64,000 bases of DNA from the human T2T-CHM13v2.0 reference genome, Homo sapiens. Positions 15,285 through 31,418 of this stretch are shown here, piece by piece (the stretch's first letter is position 1; each line of letters opens with the position of its first letter). The DNA lies in NCBI RefSeq assembly GCF_009914755.1, contig NC_060929.1. One strand, given 5' to 3'. The position numbers and the translations under genes are program-made. The notes under the pieces are model-generated. The model made no database searches. It saw nothing but the letters and a program-made list of their open reading frames with translations, and was not told where the DNA came from.

Positions 15285-16320
15285 TGTATTTTTAAAAATT
15301 GAGATATGATTCACCCTTTCAAAGTGTAATTCAGTGGTTTTTAGTATATTCACAAAGTTGCGCAACCATCACCATCATCTAATTCCGGAACATTTTCATC
15401 ACTTGAAAAAGAAACCTTGTACCCATTGCCAGTCACTCCCCATTCCGCTGCTTCCCTTTGCTTTTGGTAGCCACTAATCTACTTTCTCTCCTATGGATCT
15501 GCCTATTTTGAACACCTCATATAAATGGAATCACACATTATGTGGTCTTTTGTGACTGATTTTTTCTATTTAGCAATGTTTTCAAGGATCATCCGTGTCG
15601 TTGCATTTAATAGTACCTTATTCTTATTCATGGCTAAATAATATTCTATTGTATGCAGAGGCCACATTTTATTTATCCATTCATCAATTGATGAACATTT
15701 GGGTTGTTTTCACCTTTGACTATTGTGACTACAGTAATTCCCCCTCTATTTATGGGGGATACATCCCAAGACCCCCAGTGGATTCCTGAAACTGCAGATA
15801 GTACCAAACCCCATTGTGATAGTCTGTCTGGTAACCAAGATGGCTACTAACTGACTAATGGGTGAGTAGTGTATGTATAGCATGGATACACTGGACAAAG
15901 GGATGACTCATGTCCTGGACAGGACAGTGGGATTTCATCATGCTACTCAGAATGGTGCATGATGTCAAACTTTCAAATTGTTTATTTCTGGAATTTTAAT
16001 ATTTTCAGACTCTGTGGGTAACTGAAACTGTGAAAAGTGAAACCACAGATGAGGGGGACTACTGCAGTGCTGTTATGAACATTCATGCACAAGTTTTTGT
16101 GTGATTATATGTTTTCAGTTCTCTTGGGTATATATCTAGGAGTGGATTGCTGGATTATATGGTAACTCTGTGTTTAACTTTTTGAGGAAATGTTTTCTAT
16201 GGTGGATGTACCATTTATATTCCCAGTAATGTATAGGGGTTCCAGTTTCTTAGTATTCTTGCCAATACTTGTTATCGTTCATCTTTTTACTTATAAATTT
16301 CCTAGTGGATGGTGACTCAC
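15285..16320 (-). mobile_element. L1MB-type 3' end interrupted by MER44
   Basis: L1 3' UTR consensus on both sides of the DNA transposon. Confidence 0.75.
15732..16064 (-). mobile_element. MER44 (Tigger-type) DNA transposon
   Basis: TIRs cagtaattcccc...gggggactactg at a TA-like site. Confidence 0.75.
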
Positions 16321-17085
16321 TATATTTTGCTGGAAGAAATGTATAATCATCATATTTTCACATTTTCAGCCTTAAAGGCCTATTCAATACAAAAATAATC
16401 ATTTTCTCTAAATCTTTATCTTTTACCTATTGAAGGCTATCATTGGAATAATTCAGTTATGTTATTTACTTGAACTTATAGGCTAATCATTGAAAATTCT
16501 TAATTATGACTTGAACTTTTGCCAGCTCTGAGGTGGATTTTATTGAAAATTTCAACCACATCTAAAAAAACTCATTATTTAGATGAAATTTAAAAATTAT
16601 TTTAAATCACTTGACTATGTTCCCTTGCCCCAGACTATTTCCAGTGCCTCAGACAGTTAAATAATGTTATTGAAACAACTACAAACACAAGATTTTCAAA
16701 GTCATTACTAAACATTGCAGAAGAAATATTTGCTTCCTTGCTTTATAAGTCACCGTGGCCAGTGCCTTTGAAGATATTTTCAAATTGTTTACTGGCATTG
16801 TGCATTAAACTCTTTCTTCAGTGTAGGCTCTGTGAGCCAGAAAAATAGTAACCTTTTTCTTTGTTAATACTAAAATTTATGTTGACCGTATGATTCACAA
16901 ACTTTTGACATTATGTTATCTCCTTGTGGTGGTTACATTATCCCTTTGAAGACAGATATTAATATTCTTCTTGTATATATGAAAAATATACTCAGAAAGA
17001 TTAACAATTGCCCAAGGATTCACAACTAATAAGTTGCTCATGTAGGCTTTCGATTTCATTTCTCTTGATTTTTTTCCCTCACAGC

Positions 17086-17525
17086 TGTGAACCCCGTATA
17101 TCTGAGACAGGTCTCAGTTAATTTAGAAAGATTTTTTTGCCAAGGCCTGTCATGACACAGCCTCAGCAGGTCCTGACCACATATGCCCAAGGTGGTCAGA
17201 ATACAGTTTGGTTTTATACATTTTAGGGAGACATGAGACATCGATAAACACATGTAAGATGAACATTGGTTCAGTCTGGAAAAGGTGGGACAACTCCAAG
17301 TGGGGAGGGGGCTTCCAGGTCATAGGTAGATAAGAGACAAATGGTTGCATTCTTTTGAGTTTCTGATTAGCCTCTCCAAAGGAGGCAATCAGATATGCAT
17401 TTATCTCTGTGAGCAGAGAGATGACTGATTAGAATGAGAGGCAGGTTTGCCCTAAGCAGTTCCCAGCTTGACTTTTCCCTTTAGCTTAGTGATTTTGGGG
17501 CCCCAATATTTATTTTCCTTTCTCA
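17086..17525 (-). mobile_element. MER4A1-like solo LTR (ERV1)
   Basis: TG...CA termini, near-TSD cagc/caga, MER4 consensus (aaaatcactaagctaaagggaaaagtcaagctggg on the minus strand). Confidence 0.85.
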
Positions 17526-17751
17526 CAGAACTCTCTTCTAAATGTAGAATGTTCTCTTAACAAATATAAAAATGATGATATTAATACAATTCTCAATAGT
17601 TGCTCTTACTGCTTTAGTGATATGAGAAAACAAAAATTTAACTTAAAGTCTCAGTAACATCTGCATTTACAAGTCTCTGGTCTACCAAAACACCCATTCA
17701 CTTAGAATAGTGCTAGGCCCTGGAGAAACAGCTGGGTCAAGACATGGCCCT

Positions 17752-18058
<307 letters not shown>

Positions 18059-21000
18059 TTAGGGAGTGTAGACAAATCAATTGACTGTAATGTGTGTGCT
18101 GGATGCTGTAAAAGAGATGTGTCTTGTGGTATACAGGGGAGGGGATGGGCCCTGGAAAAGCCTTCCCTAAGATGATGTGTATGAAAGAACCAGATCAGAG
18201 AATGGCAGTTCAGGTAGAGGTAGCTCTATGAGCTGAATGGTATGGAGGACCAGAGGAGATGTCGACTGGAAATTTCAAGTGGTCTCAATGATGCAAACTT
18301 GGGGTGTATTTGCATATATTGAGTTAAAAGTTTGTGTTGGGGAAGATGGAACAGAAAATAGGCCTAAAGAGGTAAGTTAAGACTAATTTGAGAAGGGCCT
18401 TGCCAAATGTCTTTGGTTTTCTATTCAATCTATGGAAAAGCATCAGAGGCTTTTGAATGGGAGACCTGCATGATCAGATCTGATTTAGAAAGAAAATGGA
18501 AAGCGGTGGTGAGGATGGTTTGTGGTGCAGTGAGAAAACAATCAGGACAATCAGTTGAAGGTTTTTGCTGTGACTCAGGTGAGGAATAATAAGGACCTGT
18601 ATGGCAGAGCTAGTGGTACTTTAAAAAAAAGACAGGTATTCCAGGTTTTTTAGTTGGCAAGTAGAATTTTCATATGTTAGTGATGGTCACAGTTTGTAAC
18701 CTGAGAATGTTTATTTGAGCTATTTTCTAGTTCTTAATGTTCTTTACTAAAGAAGGACATCTAAGTCTGTGACTTACTGATTTTTTTCTAAAGGCAGTAT
18801 TTGTTGGCTCACGGAAGTTGCAGATTGCCTTACAGAGAACTCTGATTCTGCAAGTTTGAGGGTTTTTTGCATTTGTTTTTAAACTTCAAATTTATTGAGA
18901 CCTAATTTACATACAGTAAAATTCACCCTATTTAGTGTAGAGTTCACAGTTTTGACAAACATATATCGTCAAGTATGTAACTACCACCACAATCAAGGTA
19001 TCAACCTATAAAGTTCTTTCCTGTGCCTTTGTAGTCAGCTGCCTCCTCTAACCCCCAGCACCTGGCAACCACTGATGTGATTTCTGTTCCTATGGATTTG
19101 CCCTTATTTACATAATATCACATAGATGGAATCATACAGTATGAAACCTTTTGTGTCTGACTTCTTTCACTTAGCATAGTACTTATGAGATTCATTCATG
19201 TTAATGCATGTACCAATTATTCACGTTGACTGCTGAGTAGTATTTCCTTGTAGGAATATACCACAAATTATTTATCTTTTCATTTGTTGATGGATGTTTT
19301 TATTGTGTCCACTTTTTAACTGTTGTAAGTAAAGCTGCTGTGAACATTCATGTACAAATGAACACATCTTTACATGGACATATAATACTTTTGGGTTAGT
19401 ACCTAGAGGTTGAAAGTCTAGATTATATGGGAGATGTATATTTAACTTTTTACGAAACCACCATACTGTTTGTCATAGCAGTTGTACCATTGTAGATTCT
19501 CATCAGTAGTGTATCAGAGTTCCCCTTCCTCCACATCTTCACCAACACTTGGTATGGTCAGTCTTTTAAATTTAGCGTTGTAATAGGTACATAGTGATAT
19601 CTCATTGGGTTTAGTTTGTATTTCTCTAATGACTAATAATGATCATCTTTTTATGTGTCTATTCTCTATCTGCATTTCTTCTTGGTGAAGAATCTATTCA
19701 AATATTTTGCCCATTTTTGTGGGGTGAGGATTTTTTTTTCTTATTTTTGAGCTTTGAGAGTTCTTTACATATTCCAGACACACAAGGTTTTTTTTTTTTT
19801 TTTTAAATCAGGTTTATGCTTTGCAAAGATTTTTCTCACAATTTTTGGCTTGTCTTTTCATTCCCATAAAATTGTCTTTTGAAGAGTAGATATTTTAAAT
19901 TTTGATGAAGTCCAGTTTATCAATTTTTTAAATGAATTATGTTTTTAGGGTCATGTCTAAGCAATTTTTGCCTAACCCAAGGTCACAAAGATTTTCTCCA
20001 TTGGTTTATTCACCAGTTTTATAGTTTTAGATTTTACATTCACGTCTTTTTTCCATTTTGAGTTAATTTTTGTATATGATGTGACCTATGGATCCAAGTT
20101 CATTTTTAAAAACATACTTAGCTAATTCTCACAGCACATTTGGTTAAAAAAAGGTTATTCTTTATTGCATTGCCTTTTTAAAGGCTATTTTTTAAAGAGA
20201 GGTTTTAGGTTCACAGCAAAATTAAGAAGAAGGTACAGAGATTTCCCGTATACTCCCTGCCCCCCAAATCTGTAGCTTCTCCATTATCGTCTCACCATGA
20301 GAGAGATAGATTTATTGCAACTCATGAACGTATATTGATACATCATTATCACCCAAAGTCCATAATTTACGTTAGGGTTCATTCTCGGTATTGGACATTC
20401 TTTATGTTTAGACAAATGTATGATGGCATGTATCCAACACTGTAGTATCATAGAGTATTTTCACTGCCCTAAAAATTATCTGTGCCCTGTACATTTATCC
20501 CTCCCTCCCATCTAACCCCTGGCAACTGTTGATTTTTTTTTTTTTTTTTTTTTAGCTGTCATCATAGTTTTGCCTTTTATGGAGTTATATAGTTGGAATC
20601 ATACAAGGATGTAGCCTTTTCAGATTGGCTTCTTTCACTTACTAATGTACATTTAAGGTTCCTCTGTGTGTTTTCATGGCTTGATAGTTCATTTCTTTTT
20701 AGTGCTGAATAGTATTCCATTGTCTGGATATACCACAGTTTATCCGTTCACCTACTGAGTGACATCTTGGTTGCTTCCGAGTTTTATCAATTATGAATAA
20801 TGCTGCCATAAACACCCCTGTAGATGTTTTTGTGTGGACATAAGTTTTCAACTCTTTTGGGTATATACCAAGGGATGCAATTGCTAGACCATATGGTAAA
20901 AGTATGTTTAATTTTATAAGAAACCACCAAAGTGCCTTACAAGATGGCTGTCCCATTTTGCATTCCCTCTAGCAGTGAATGAAAGTTTGTTTTGTTCCAC

Positions 21001-23368
21001 ATCCTTGTCAGCATTTGGTGTTGTCAGTGTTCTGGATTTTGGCCATTCTAATGGGTGGGTAGTGTTTGCTCGTTATTGTGATTTTCACTTCCCTGATGAC
21101 ATATAATGTGGAACATCTTTTCATTTGCATATTTGCCATATATCTTCTTTGGTGAGATGCCTGTTTAAGGTCTGTGGCCCATATTTTAGTTAGGTTGTTT
21201 GTTTTCTTACTGTTGAGTTTTAAGAGTTCTTTCTGGGTTTTGGATAACAGCCTTTTATCAGATATGTCTTTTTCAGCTATTTTCTTCCAGTCATTGGCTT
21301 GTCTTTTCATTCTCTTGACATTGTCTTTTGCAGAGCAGAAGTTTTCAATTTTAATGAAGTCCAGCTTATCAATTCTTTCTTTCATGGATTGTGCCTTTGG
21401 TATTTGTATCTTCTGGAATTTCTCCTATATTATCTTCTAGGAGTTTTATACTTTTGCATTTTACACTTCGGTTTATTAATGTTGAATTAATTTTTGTGAA
21501 GGGCATAGGGTCTATGTCTAGATTCATTTTTTGCATGTGATGGCCAGTTCCAGTGCCAGTTGAAAATTCTTTGCTCCATTGAATTGCCTTTGTTCCTTTT
21601 TCAAAGACCAGTTGACTATATTTACACAGGTCTATTTATGGGCTTTCTATTCTGTTCCATTGACTATTTGTCTATTGCTAATACCACACTATTTTTATTA
21701 CTGTAACTTCATGGTAAGTCCTGAATTCAGGTAGTGTCAGTCTTCCAACTTTGCTGTTCTCCTTCAATATTGTGTTGTCTATTTTGGGTCTTTTCCCTCT
21801 CCATATAAACTTTAGAATTGGTTCGTTGATATCCACAACATAACATTTCTGGGATTTTGATTGGGATTGCATTGAATCCATAGTTCAAATTGGGAAGAAC
21901 TGCTATCTTGACAATACTGAGTCTTCCTATCCATGAGCATGGAATATCTTTCCATTAATTTAGTTCTTTTTTGATTTCTTTCATCAGAGTTTTGTAATTT
22001 TAATTGTACCGATCTTGTACTTTTTTGTTAGATTTATACCTAAGTATGTTATTTTTGGAGGTGCTAATGTCAATGGGGTTGTGTTTTTAATTTATAATTC
22101 CACTTGTTTATTATTGGTGTATAGATGAGTGATTAACTTTCATATATTTACTTTGTATCCTGCAACCTTACTGTAAGTGATTTTTAGTTCCAGGAGTTCT
22201 TTTGTCAGTTCTTTCAGATTTTCTACATAGACAATCATGCCATCTGTGAACAAAGACAATTTTATTTCTTCCTTTCTAATCAGTATATATATATATATAT
22301 TTTAAATCTTACTGCAAATTAGCTGGGAATTCAAGCACAGTGTTGAAAAGGAGTGGTGAAAGGCAACATCCTGGCCTTGTTCTTGATCTTAGTGGGAAAG
22401 CTGCTTGTTTCTCACCATTAAGTATAATGCTAGCTATAGGTTTTTTGGTACATATGTAATTTTTTTAATCAAGTAGAGGAAGTTCTCCTCTACTCCTAGT
22501 TTACTAAGAGGTTTATCATAGATGGATGTTGTATTTTTTTTTCAAGTACTTTTTCTGCATCTGTTGATAGGATCATGTACTTTTCTTCCTTAGCCTGGAT
22601 TACATTAATTGTTTTTTGAATGTTGAAACTTGCATGCTTGGGGTAAACCTCACTTGGTTGTAGTATATAATTCTTTTTTGGATTTGATTTGCTAATATTT
22701 TTTGAGGATTTTTACATCTGTGTTTATGAGGGATATTTGTAGTTTTCTTTTCTTGTGCTATCTTTGTCTGGTTTTGGTACTGGGGTTATGCTGGCCTCAT
22801 AGAATGAGTTAGGCAGTATTTCCTCTACTTCTGTCTTCTGAAAGAGATTGAGAGACTTGGTATAATTTCTCAACCTCAAGTGTTTGGTAGAATTCACTAG
22901 TGAACCCTTCTGGGCTTGGTGTTCTCTGCTTTGGAAGGTTATTAATTATTGGAAGGTTATTAATTATTGATTCATCTATTTTTTCTTGTGTGAATTTTGG
23001 CAGATTTTTGTCCTTCAAGAAATTTGTTCGTTTTGTCTAGGTTATAAACTTTGTGGGCATGGAGTTGTTCACAGTATTCCTGATAATCCTTTCAGTGTCT
23101 CTGGGATCTGTAGTGATGTCCCCTCTTTCATTTCTGATATTGGTAATTTGTGCCCTCTCTCTTTTTTCTCCCTTAGCTTGGCTACAGCCTTATAGATTTT
23201 ATTGAACTTTTAAAAGAAACAGCTTTTGGCGTCATTGATTTTTTTTTCTATTAATTTTCTGTTTTTGATTTTATTCATTATCCTCTAATTTTTATTATTG
23301 CTCTACTTTTGCTTACTTTGTATTTAATTTGCTCTTTTACTGATTTCCTAATGTGGAAGCTTAGATGA

Positions 23369-23799
<431 letters not shown>

Positions 23800-24386
23800 C
23801 AAACTATTTTTAAATTTCTTTTGAGATGTCTTCTTTGACCCATGAGTTACTTATTAATAGAAGTATGTTGTTTAATCTCTGTGTATTTTGAAATTTCCAG
23901 TTATCTTTGTTATTGATTTCTAATTTAATTCTACTATGGTCTGAGAGCATACCTTATATGATTTCTCTTCTCTTAAATTTGTTAAGGTATGCTTTATGGC
24001 TCAGAATGTGGTCTGTCTTTGGTGAATGTCCCATCTGAGCATAAGACAAATGAATTGCCTTTGTGCTTTTATAAAAAATCATTTGTTTTTGTACATTTAT
24101 ATGTGGGTTTACATCTGGACTTTCTATTCTGTTCCATTGATCTATTTGTCTGCCTTTATGCAGTACCACACTGTTGTGATTACTATAATAATTTTTGGAA
24201 TCAGATAGTGTTAGTCCTTTAACTTTGTTCTTTGAATCATAGATATTTTGGTTGTCTTAAGTCCATTTCATTTCCATGTGAATTTTAGAATATACATGTC
24301 AATTTCTACATAAACCTGCTGGAATTTTTATTGTGATTACACTGAATCTATGTGTTAATTTGAGGACAATTGACATCTTAATAATA

Positions 24387-24616
24387 CAGTTTCAGCATCC
24401 CAAGCTTGAAATCCTAAATACTCCAAAATCCAAAACTTCTTGAGCACCAACATGTTGCTCAAATGAAGTGCTCTTTCTAGAGCATTTTGGATTTCAGATA
24501 TTCAGATTTGGGATGTTCAACTACTCAGTATAAAGCAGATATTCCAAAATCCTAAAAAATTTGAAATCCAAAACATTTCTGATCCCAAGCATTTTGGATA
24601 AGGAATACTCAACCTG
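24387..24616 (+). mobile_element. Tigger4a/MER46-like DNA transposon
   Basis: TA|cagtttcagcatccc...ggaatactcaacctg|TA termini. Confidence 0.75.
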
Positions 24617-24835
24617 TATTAAGTCTTTGAACATATCCATCTCTCCATGTATTTAAATCTTGAACTTTCCTCAGCAATATTTTGTAGTAGAGGTTTTTAG
24701 CATTTTGTCAGATGATTTGTCTCTTAAATATGTCATAATTTTGAAGCTATTATAAGTGGTATTTTTAAAAATACTAATTACTGGTTAATTGCTAGTATGT
24801 AGAAATAAAATTAATTTTTATGTTGATTGGTATCT

Positions 24836-25054
24836 CAGGCATCAGAAAACTTTTCCTGTAATGGATCAGGTAGTAAATATTTTAGGCTTTGCGGGCCATA
24901 TGGTCTCTGTTGCAACTACTTAACTCTCCTTTTACAGTATGAAACCAGCATAGACAATATGTTAATGAATGAGTATCTATGTTTCAAAACATTTTATTTA
25001 CAGAAACAGAAAGTGGGTTGGGTTTGGCTGTAAGTCGTAGTTTGCCAAACTCTG
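24836..25054. mobile_element. MER58A-like hAT MITE
   Basis: gtaaatattttaggctttgcgggccatatggtctctgttgcaactact core; cagg...ctg ends. Confidence 0.8.
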
Positions 25055-25684
25055 TTGTTGTATCCTGCAACCTTGCTAAGCTTGTTAGTCCTAGTAGCTT
25101 TTTAAAAAGTAATAATTTATTGAAGTGAAACTCACCTAACATAAATGTAACCATTTTAAAGTGATAAATTTAGTGGCATTTAGTATATTCACAGTGTTGT
25201 ACAGTCACCACCTTTGTCTGGTTCCAAAACATTTCCATCACTCCAAAGTAAAACCCCTTACCCATTAGCAGTTTCCCCCCGTCCCATTCCCTTCTTCCCC
25301 CAGCCCCTGACAACCAGCAATCTACATTCTGTATCTATAGGCTTATATATTCTATATATGTCATATAAATGGAATCACACTATATGTGACTTTTTGCATC
25401 TGGCTGCTTTTACTACGCTTAATACTTTGGAGCTTCACTCGTGTTGTAGCATAAATCAGTACTTCATTCCTTTTTATGGCTGAATATTTCATTTTTATAT
25501 ATACTATGATTTGTTTATCTGCCATTCCTTGATGGAGACATTTGGACTGTTTTCACCTTTTGGTTGTTGTGAATAATGCTGCTATGAACGTGTCTACATG
25601 TGTTTGCTTGAGTACCTGTTTTCATTCTTGTGGGTATATACCTAGGGGTGGAATTGTGGGATCATATGGTAATTCTGCATTTAA

Positions 25685-25989
25685 CTTTCTTTTTTCTTTC
25701 TCGAGACAGGGTCTCACCGTCACCCAGGCTGGAGTGTGATGGTGTGACTATGGCTAACTGCAGCCTCAGCCTCCTAGGCTCAAGTGATGTTTCCACCTCA
25801 GCCTCCCAAGTAGCTAGGAAAACAGGCATGTGCCATTATACCCAGTTATTTTTAAAAAAAAAAAATTGTTGTGGAGATGGGGTCCCACTGTGTTGCCCAG
25901 GCTGGTCGTGAACTTCTGGCCTCAAGCAGTCCTCCTGCCTTGGCCTCCCAAAATGCAGAGATTACAGGCATGAGCTACCACGCCCAGCC
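25685..25989 (-). mobile_element. AluJ-like element
   Basis: Alu consensus. Confidence 0.9.
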
Positions 25990-27717
25990 TTTTTGAAGTC
26001 TAGTAGTGTTTTTTAATTTTTAAAGATCACATCAGAATTTCTAAACAGATGATCACGTCATCTGTTAGTAAAGAGTTTTACTTCTTTGGTGATCTGGATG
26101 CCTTTTATCTCTCTTTCTTGCCTGATGGCATTGGCTGGAGACACCAGTAAAATAGTGAATGAAAGTGGTGAGAGCAGACCATGTTTTGCTACTGTTCTTA
26201 AGAGGAAAGTATCCATGAAGTATGTATAATGCTGGAAGATAATTTTTTTGTGTGTGATGCCCTTTATTAGGTTGAGGAGGTTCCTTCTATTTCTAGTTTG
26301 CTGATCTTTTTTTTTTTTTTAATTCAGAGTGTATGTTAGATTTTGTCAAATGGTTTGTCTGGCATCTTAATCACATGGATTTTTTCTTTTCCACTATTGT
26401 GAATTGCATTGGTTGATTTGTAAATGCTAAGTCAAACCTATATTCCTGAGATAATCCTTTGGTCATGATGTATCTTCCTTTAATATATTATTATATTCTA
26501 TTTGCTAAGATTTTGGTTAGAACTTTTACATTTATGTTCATGAGGGATATTAGTGTGCAGTTTTCTTATATTTTGTCTAATTTTGTTATCAGAATAATGA
26601 AGACCTCATGGAATTAGTTGAGAAGTATTCCCCCCGCTTCAGCTTTTTTGGAAGTTTCTGTAGAATTGGCAAATAACAGAACAGCCTCCCTCAGCCTTAT
26701 GCATAGCTTTGATTAATTAAGAAATGCAGGGTTGGAAATTTGTGTGCAGTTACTGTGTTCATACTGCTCTTCATCATTTGCCTCACTTCTATACATTTTT
26801 GGGGACAGCATTAAAAAATTCCCCTTCTCTTAGATTTTCATGAGGACTTAAAAAACAGCTAACGTGTATTGAATGCTTGCTATATGGTAGGAGTTGAGCT
26901 AAGCAGCTACATATATTTTTCAGATGTAGAAACAGATATAAAGTGATTATGGAATTTTCTCAAAATCACAGACTTAGTAAATAAAGAAGCAAGGCTTGAA
27001 CCCAGATTTGTTTATTCCGAAGTTGTAAGACCACTAAGGTCTTAACAGTTATTAACACTTAGAATTCATACAAGACATGAGTAGTCATGTATATGCTGTG
27101 AGTTTTTTTACTTGTCATGTTGGTGATCTCTTTGTACATGGTTGCCCTCTCTGGGGATGGGTAGAACATATGACTAATTAAACATTACAGGGGCATCCAT
27201 TAATATTAAACGAGTAAGGCTTTGTGCTGCTGAACTCCAGCTCATCCTTTAACATGTAGCACAATGAAGACATCTTCTGACAGGCTTTCCAAAAAAAATA
27301 GCTGCACTTGTTTTAGTGCATTCAAAGTGCATTTAGTGCATTTGTACCTGCTTTTGATACAACTGAATGGCAATTACACATTTGCTTGGCTGCCTCTATT
27401 TTTAATACGTATTTATTGAGATTTAATTTATATACCATATAAAATCCACCCATTTTAAGTGTAGCATTTATTAAATGTACAGAATTGCACAACCATTACT
27501 ACAGTCTAGTTTTAGAACATTTCCATCACCCCCAAAAGTACCCTCATGTGCCCATTTGCACTTAAACCCTAATATTATCCCTAGCCATAGGAAACCACTG
27601 ATGTGCTTTCTTTCTCTATATAGATTTGCCTTTTTTGAACGTTTCATGTAAGTGAAATAATATATGGTCCTTTTGTGTCTGGATTCTTTTACTTAGCATG
27701 ATTTTGAGGTTCGTCAC

Positions 27718-28313
<596 letters not shown>

Positions 28314-29179
28314 CACATTTTGTGTGCCACATTTTGTTTATCTGTACATTGGTTGATGGATATTTGAATTGTTTCCACTTTTTGACTATTAAGAATAATG
28401 CTGCTAAGAATATTTGCATGCAAGTCATTTGTGTGGACACGTTTTCATCTCTTCTGAGTAGATACATAGGAGTAGAATTGCTTAGTCATTTGCCTTTCAT
28501 CTTTAATTCCTTGAGGGCAGGAACCTCTCCTTGGAGTCTTAGTATTGCCTTAGTGGTCTTTGAATTGCTTCATCTAGCATGCTTGCCACATAGTAGGTCT
28601 TGAAATTGATCAGGTGGTGTTTGTGACATATTCTCCTGTTTTGTGAGCCTTTGCTTGCTTTTATGCACACTGTCCCCCTTTCTTGCCATATTGAAAGAGT
28701 TTCATTTTTATCTTGATTCTTTGCAATCCTAGTGAACAACTGTAGAGGTTTTGGATGACCTAGATTTTTATTTCTAGCAAAACCCCATGTATATACTCAG
28801 TACTTTTAAGGCAATGCAACTTTAACAAAAATAGAAAAACGTGTGCCTTATTTACATTATATACACATTATTACCCTATTGAATATTTTTGGTGAGGGTA
28901 CATAAGGTGAACAGAATATAAATTGTCTCTTACTCAAGTGGGTAGAGTGAAGAAAGTCTTTTGAGTGTCTGATATGGTCTGCACAAACTCTTTTGTTCTG
29001 AGACTTACATGTTTGTAACCAAGTGAAGTAAAAATACTTCCCTAACAAAGTACTGCCCCATTTTAACTAGGAAACAGGAAGCCTAAATAAGAGGGAGGAT
29101 GGGGTTATTTCACCAGAAAGAAAGTGCTATGAAGTTACCAATACTGTTAAGAACGACTTAAGTTAAAAGAGATTAGTTG

Positions 29180-29211
<32 letters not shown>

Positions 29212-29528
29212 TCACCTTATGTAAAAGCCTCAGTATTTTCAACTTTTTTTCTACACCCAAAGTCTGGCTCTTTACCTGCAAAACTAGGAGCAAATTTTAA
29301 CTTGCACTATAGTTCTCATTTATAAACAACTTTCTTCCTTGGTTTGACTGTACCCTATATGCTCCATATCACTTGAAGAAATGTTTGATTTTTCTGTGGG
29401 CATTAGTGAGACAGGCTCCCTGTTGTATATTAGACAAACCAAAGGGCATTCTGTAATCTGTGGGCAACTAGTATTTTCCACCATCAACCACCCCAGGGTA
29501 CAGGACACGTTTTTAAGAGAAGGAAATA

Positions 29529-29801
29529 CAATAGTGCCCGCCTTATCTGCGGTTTCACTTTCCGTGGTCTCAGTTACCCTCAGTATAGTACGATTTTTTG
29601 AGAGCTCACATTCACATAACTTTTATTACAGTATATTGTTGTAATTGAGTTATTGTTAATCTCTTGCTGCATCTAATTTGTAAATTAACTTTATCATAGG
29701 TATGTAATATAGGAAAAAACATGCAGTTCAGTACTATCTATGTTTCAGGCATCCATTGGGAGTCTTGGAACATATCCTCCGTAGATAAGCGGGGACTAAT
29801 G
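29529..29801 (+). mobile_element. MER44A-like DNA transposon
   Basis: TA|caatagtgcccgccttatctgcgg...gataagcggggactaatg|TA. Confidence 0.8.
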
Positions 29802-29939
29802 TATCATTGTTAAATTTCTAAGTCAAAATTGATACGGTAGCAAAAGGGATTAGATTAAATGAGGACATGTCAAAAGGCCAGACACATAATGATCAATATG
29901 GGTTCATTCGCCCTAGTTAGCTCATATTAGTAATTTCTC

Positions 29940-30150
29940 AATAGTGGTTTTTAAAACTATGGATTCTGGAGCTAGCTTTGTGACTGTAGGCAAGTTACTC
30001 AATTCTTTAAGCCACAGTTTCCTGATATAAATGCAATGAGGATAATAGCACTGCTTTACAGTAGTACTTTAGAGGGGTACTATGATTAAATGAAATAATA
30101 TATTGAATTATCATTGTGCGTGGCACATAGTAAGTGCTCAGTAAAGCATT
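29940..30150 (+). mobile_element. MIR element
   Basis: ggcaagttac...cagtttcc...tggcacatagtaagtgctcagtaa. Confidence 0.7.
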
Positions 30151-31311
30151 AGTTTAATTTAAAACAGAAAAACATAACCAGTTCCCTGAGAGGCTCATAG
30201 GCCAGAGACATGCTCTTTGACATCTGATAGATGAATGGCCTCATTAGAGGCTTTCCATTCAAATTTCAATAACATGGGAGCTAGGGGCTATGAATCAGTG
30301 CTTAAATTCTGAGCCTGTTTACTTTCTTACAGAGTTTACTTCCTTATAAAATGGAAACGAGAATAATCTGCCTCATTATTTTCATGTCATTAATTCATTC
30401 AGTGAGGCTTGTTAAAAATGTATGTGAAGGTGTTCTACAGAAATGTAAGGTTACTACTTAAAGTGAATGGTACAGCCATAATGTGTATACACATTGATGC
30501 CGTATCTGGTATCTCTGCATTATACCTGAAGACACTGGGAAAGGTTTGTTATACACTTTTCCAATCACATACTCTGATTGAGGGTAGCAATAGTATTTTT
30601 CTTATTCACGTTGTATCTTCAATATTATATAGTAGGCAGGTAGCAAATACTTGGTGCACATGATGATGGATAAGGCAAATTTGGCTTTTAAATCACAATG
30701 CTTTTTTTCTTAGTGATGGAGATCTCTTGTGGAAAAAAAGGTACTCAGAGAAGTTTGTTAGGTCATCCAGTTCCTGGATATGGCCTGAACATCAAATGTT
30801 TTGGAAAATACCGAATGGATTGTATAGAATAGCTGACTTCCACTACCCTGCCCGACCTTTCTATTCTATGTGCAATACTGCTATGATATTTATATTAAAT
30901 GTTTATTCCTTTTCTTGAAGAGTTGATTTTAAAATAAGCTAAGAATTTTGACTAGATAACATTAGCTTACATAAAATGTCATCTTTTGTGATAAAGACAT
31001 ACATTTGAGGCAGCCTCAGGAGTGAATTTCTCCTTCCCTTAGTACCCTTTGCAGTAATTGGCACACAACCATTTGAGGCATGGATGGGATAATCTTCAGG
31101 TCTTTGGCACCAGGGTTAAGCTTATTTTGAATCTATGCCATATTAGCAGGCGAACATTGCCACACTGACATTTAAATGCCCACCATATTATCTTAAGGTT
31201 CCTGAAGCAGGGGTAACTCTACTTTCAGTAAACAAAAATCAGATTGGACAATCGGAACTGTACAAGTTCTACAAAAGCATGTTGGAGTCACATAATGAAA
31301 AAGCAGATTTT

Positions 31312-31317
31312 TTTATT
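31312..31317 (-). terminator. Distal polyadenylation signal AATAAA (long alpha and beta mRNAs), cleavage near 31293
   Basis: tttatt on the + strand; GU/U-rich sequence follows on the minus strand. Confidence 0.85.
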
Positions 31318-31413
31318 ATGATGTTTCTCCATATTTGGCATTGCTGTAAATGGCTAACATTTACTGCCAATTCGGTACAAATGTGTGGTTTGGTAATACC
31401 AGAACAGCAAATT

Positions 31414-31418
31414 TAAAT
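31414..31418 (-). promoter_or_regulatory. AUUUA AU-rich element in the 9-beta 3' UTR (probable site of rs6198; AUUUA allele present)
   Basis: Minus strand reads TTTTATTTTTTC-ATTTA-AATTTGC, ~125 nt before the mRNA end; SNP identity recalled, not verified. Confidence 0.6.

Noticed and set aside
21008-21385. 125-aa ORF with clear protein homology
   Set aside because: Degenerate L1 ORF2 fragment among stops and frameshifts
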